A model generated the notes under the pieces. That model searched no databases, was not told where the DNA came from, and was given only the letters and a program-made list of their open reading frames with translations. From an uncultured delta proteobacterium (lineage in GTDB: Bacteria > Desulfobacterota > Desulfobacteria > Desulfobacterales > Desulfosalsimonadaceae): DNA of 64,000 nt. The stretch lies in NCBI GenBank assembly GCA_963826785.1, contig CAWGYD010000006.1, positions 288,001-352,000 of the forward strand. Reading direction: 5' to 3'. Positions 61,551 through 64,000 of the stretch are shown here, in pieces (position 1 is the stretch's first letter; each line of letters opens with the position of its first letter). The position numbers were made by a program, and so were the translations under genes.

Positions 61551-63215
61551 CTAAGCTATTTTCCTTGTGATATAGTACTGTTGCGCAATAGACAGGACAT
61601 TGTTGACCAGCCAGTAAAGCACCAGCCCGGATGGAAAATTGATGAAAATCACGGTGAAAACCAGTGGCATCAGCATCATGATTTTGGCCTGGGACGGGTC
61701 TCCGGGCGGGGGTGACAGTTTCTGCTGCAGAAACATGGTGGCACCCATGATAATGGTCAGCACCGGAATACCATAAGGCGGCGCCATAAAGGGAATGGCA
61801 AAATTAAAATGCAGCAGCCGGTCCGGTGCAGACAGATCGTTGATCCACAGGAAAAAAGGCGCATGCCGCAGTTCAATGGCCCCATACAACATCCGATAAA
61901 ACGCAAGAAATACAGGTATCTGAACAACCATAGGGAGGCATCCGCTCATGGGATTGACCTTGTATGTCCGGTACAGCCCCATGATCTCCTCATTCATTTT
62001 TTTCTTGTCGTCCTTATATTTCTTCCGGATTTCGGTCATCAACGGCTGCAGCTTCTTCATCTCCGCCATCGATTTATAGCTTTTGGAGCCCAGCGGCCAG
62101 AAAATCAGCTTGAACAGAATCGTCAATAAAATAATGGCAATTCCATAATTTGCAATCAAATGATCGTGGACATAATCCATCAGCCTCAGGCAGGGCTTGG
62201 CAATCACGTCAAAGAAACCGAAATTCACCGCCTTGGTCAGATGATGACCGAATTTTTCCAGCAGCGGCAACCGCTTGGGACCCAGAAACATTGAATACTC
62301 GGATGTATGCTGAGCGCCGGGCGCGATGGCCGGCACGGGATCGGCATACGCTATTTTAACCAGCTCACTTTGCGGATCGACAGACAAATGAATCATCGAC
62401 TTTTCGGAGATGGTTTCCGGAACCAAGGTGGTGATGAAATACTGCTCTTCGATGCCGGCCCATGCAATCGAGCCGGTATAGGTATTCTTTTTCTTAATAT
62501 CTTTTATCTTGATCTGTTCCAGATCATTGTTGATCAGCGAGACCGGTCCGGTGAAGGAATAGCTGTTGTTTTTGGAGACCGGATTGGCGAGCATCACCGC
62601 CAGGGGTTTATCAACGGGCTGATCCGAAAAGTTTTTAACCGTGACGGCCAGATTGATCTTATAATCGTCCGGAAAGAAGGTAAATCGCTTTTCGATCGCA
62701 ATACCGGACGGCGAGCGCCAGTAAAAAGTAACGGACTGGCTTTGTGCATCCACCCGGATCATATGAGAAGAGGCATCGGTGGTGAATACCGACCGTGGAG
62801 ACAGCAGATCGTTTCCGACAAAATCGAGCAGGGCGGTCCCGATTTCATTTTCTTTCGGAATCAATTGCTTCGGCCCGGAATTTTGCGCCATGGTTTCTTT
62901 ATAGTCTTTCAGCAAAAAGCTGGTGAAAGCAGCGCCGTTTGCTGAAATTTCCGCCGTGTACAACGAATTTTCCACCCGCAGGGTCTCGAAACGGGTGCCG
63001 GGCTGGTCAGCGGGGACCGGTTCGGCCGGGGGCGGCTGCTCCTTTTCCACAGCCACCGGGGGGCGGGGTTCAACCGATGGCGCCGCGGGAGTTTGTACGG
63101 CCTTATCGGAAACAGTGCGGGGAGGGTGTTCGGGTTTGGGTTCAAAAAACAGTCCCCAAACCAGAAACACCAGAAATGACAAGGCTATGGCAATCAGTAA
63201 TCGCCCTTGTTCCAT
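61551..63215 (-). CDS. yidC: Membrane protein insertase YidC
   Basis: NYGIAIILLT, NPMSGCLP, WINDLSAPD, GLVLYWLVNN. Confidence 0.97.
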   Translation of the reverse strand: MEQGRLLIAIALSFLVFLVWGLFFEPKPEHPPRTVSDKAVQTPAAPSVEPRPPVAVEKEQPPPAEPVPADQPGTRFETLRVENSLYTAEISANGAAFTSFLLKDYKETMAQNSGPKQLIPKENEIGTALLDFVGNDLLSPRSVFTTDASSHMIRVDAQSQSVTFYWRSPSGIAIEKRFTFFPDDYKINLAVTVKNFSDQPVDKPLAVMLANPVSKNNSYSFTGPVSLINNDLEQIKIKDIKKKNTYTGSIAWAGIEEQYFITTLVPETISEKSMIHLSVDPQSELVKIAYADPVPAIAPGAQHTSEYSMFLGPKRLPLLEKFGHHLTKAVNFGFFDVIAKPCLRLMDYVHDHLIANYGIAIILLTILFKLIFWPLGSKSYKSMAEMKKLQPLMTEIRKKYKDDKKKMNEEIMGLYRTYKVNPMSGCLPMVVQIPVFLAFYRMLYGAIELRHAPFFLWINDLSAPDRLLHFNFAIPFMAPPYGIPVLTIIMGATMFLQQKLSPPPGDPSQAKIMMLMPLVFTVIFINFPSGLVLYWLVNNVLSIAQQYYITRKIA

Positions 63216-63543
63216 AATTTACTCCTGATCGCCGCAAAGGGCGAATTTAAATTTGCTCGGTCTTGAATTTAACCAATTCGTAAATTAAACAGATACCCGT
63301 GGTGATGGAAACGGTGTTGCGCAGGACGAAACGGGAGGCGGATGGCATGATGAAAAAAGGGGATCGCCCGTCTTTAGACGCGGTGTTTACGGGATCAGCA
63401 TAGTCGGCTTTTTCAGAATCAACCCTGTCTGTCGGCATCGGGAAATCGGGCGATGATGCGCCGGCGGTTCTATGGACGGGCGGAAACATCATCGATTCCC
63501 CTGCATAGAGGCCGGGTTTGAAATCATATGTTGGCGATACGGT

Positions 63544-63777
63544 TCAGGGAACAGGATCCACTCCGCCCGGATGGAACGGGTGGCATCGCAGGACCCGTCT
63601 TACCGCCAGACAGCCCCCCCGGATGATGCCATGGCGCAAAATCGCCTCATAGGCATACTGGGAACACGACGGATAAAACCGGCAGGCAGGTCCCAGCAAC
63701 GGTGAAAGCACCACCTGATATATCCGGATCAGAATCAATGCCAAATATTTAATGAGCGATCTCCCTTGTCTTCTCAA
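63544..63777 (-). CDS. yidD: Membrane protein insertion efficiency factor YidD
   Basis: [10 protein letters not shown]...[14 protein letters not shown]; start uncertain. Confidence 0.93.
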   Translation of the reverse strand: MRRQGRSLIKYLALILIRIYQVVLSPLLGPACRFYPSCSQYAYEAILRHGIIRGGCLAVRRVLRCHPFHPGGVDPVP

Positions 63778-64000
63778 ACAATCGCGTCAGCGAGGCGAAT
63801 ATCTGTGCAGTGGATAGATTCGCGGCCGCCTGCCTCGCAATGACATTCATGTCCCATGAGCCGTTCAAAAGGTTCCGGTTCACCCGAAAATGTTCCCGCA
63901 CCAGCCGCTTGATCCGGTTGCGGGTCACGGCATTTCCGACCCGCTTGGAAACGGTCAGGCCGATTCGGCTGGAACCCGCAGGATTGCAAATGAGTATCAG
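63749..64000 (-). CDS. rnpA: Ribonuclease P protein component (3' part)
   Basis: Frame from 64000, translated by hand: ...[28 protein letters not shown]...IAH* (RNR motif). Confidence 0.93.
   Translation of the reverse strand: MILICNPAGSSRIGLTVSKRVGNAVTRNRIKRLVREHFRVNRNLLNGSWDMNVIARQAAANLSTAQIFASLTRLFEKTREIAH

Noticed and set aside
63774..63989. 71-aa ORF in the track (MQSCGFQ...)
   Set aside because: Wrong frame; the real gene here is rnpA in another minus-strand frame

Overview
A 64-kb chromosomal segment, most likely from a sulfate-reducing deltaproteobacterium (Desulfobacterales-like, inferred from gene content). It lies close to the replication origin: the window ends in rnpA-yidD-yidC-jag-mnmE and has a parS site at 59037. 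Left part: a cell-surface glycosylation cluster (GT2, GT4, YfhO-type GT-C, flippase, TMTC-like TPR glycosyltransferase), then a ~4-kb patchwork island (8.7-12.7 kb). The island holds three toxin-antitoxin-type pairs, decayed copies of two of them, a probable IS110 left-end remnant and a captured flippase fragment, with junctions marked by a recurring GTAT(T/A)(A/C)TGTCC..GAATT motif. Next come a ~6.2-kb Ig-repeat lipoprotein gene behind pilMNOPQ, an HD-GYP response regulator, lysA, a full-length but catalytically degenerate PEP-carboxykinase homologue, acyl-CoA metabolism genes and grpE-dnaK. The right half carries an SRP RNA with a long extra helix, tilS-ftsH-folP-coaX, two pilT-family genes, proC, ccdA, class III RNR (nrdDG, with tandem NrdR boxes) and an acyl-CoA dehydrogenase. 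Single-base indels cluster at 5.1-7.9, 12.8-17.9 and 54.0-54.7 kb and are probably largely sequencing or assembly errors. Top leads: (1) the motif-delimited gene-capture island, (2) the PCK pseudoenzyme, (3) a TMTC-like glycosylation system beside a giant Ig-domain pilus-operon lipoprotein, (4) the orphan IS110-like structured end.
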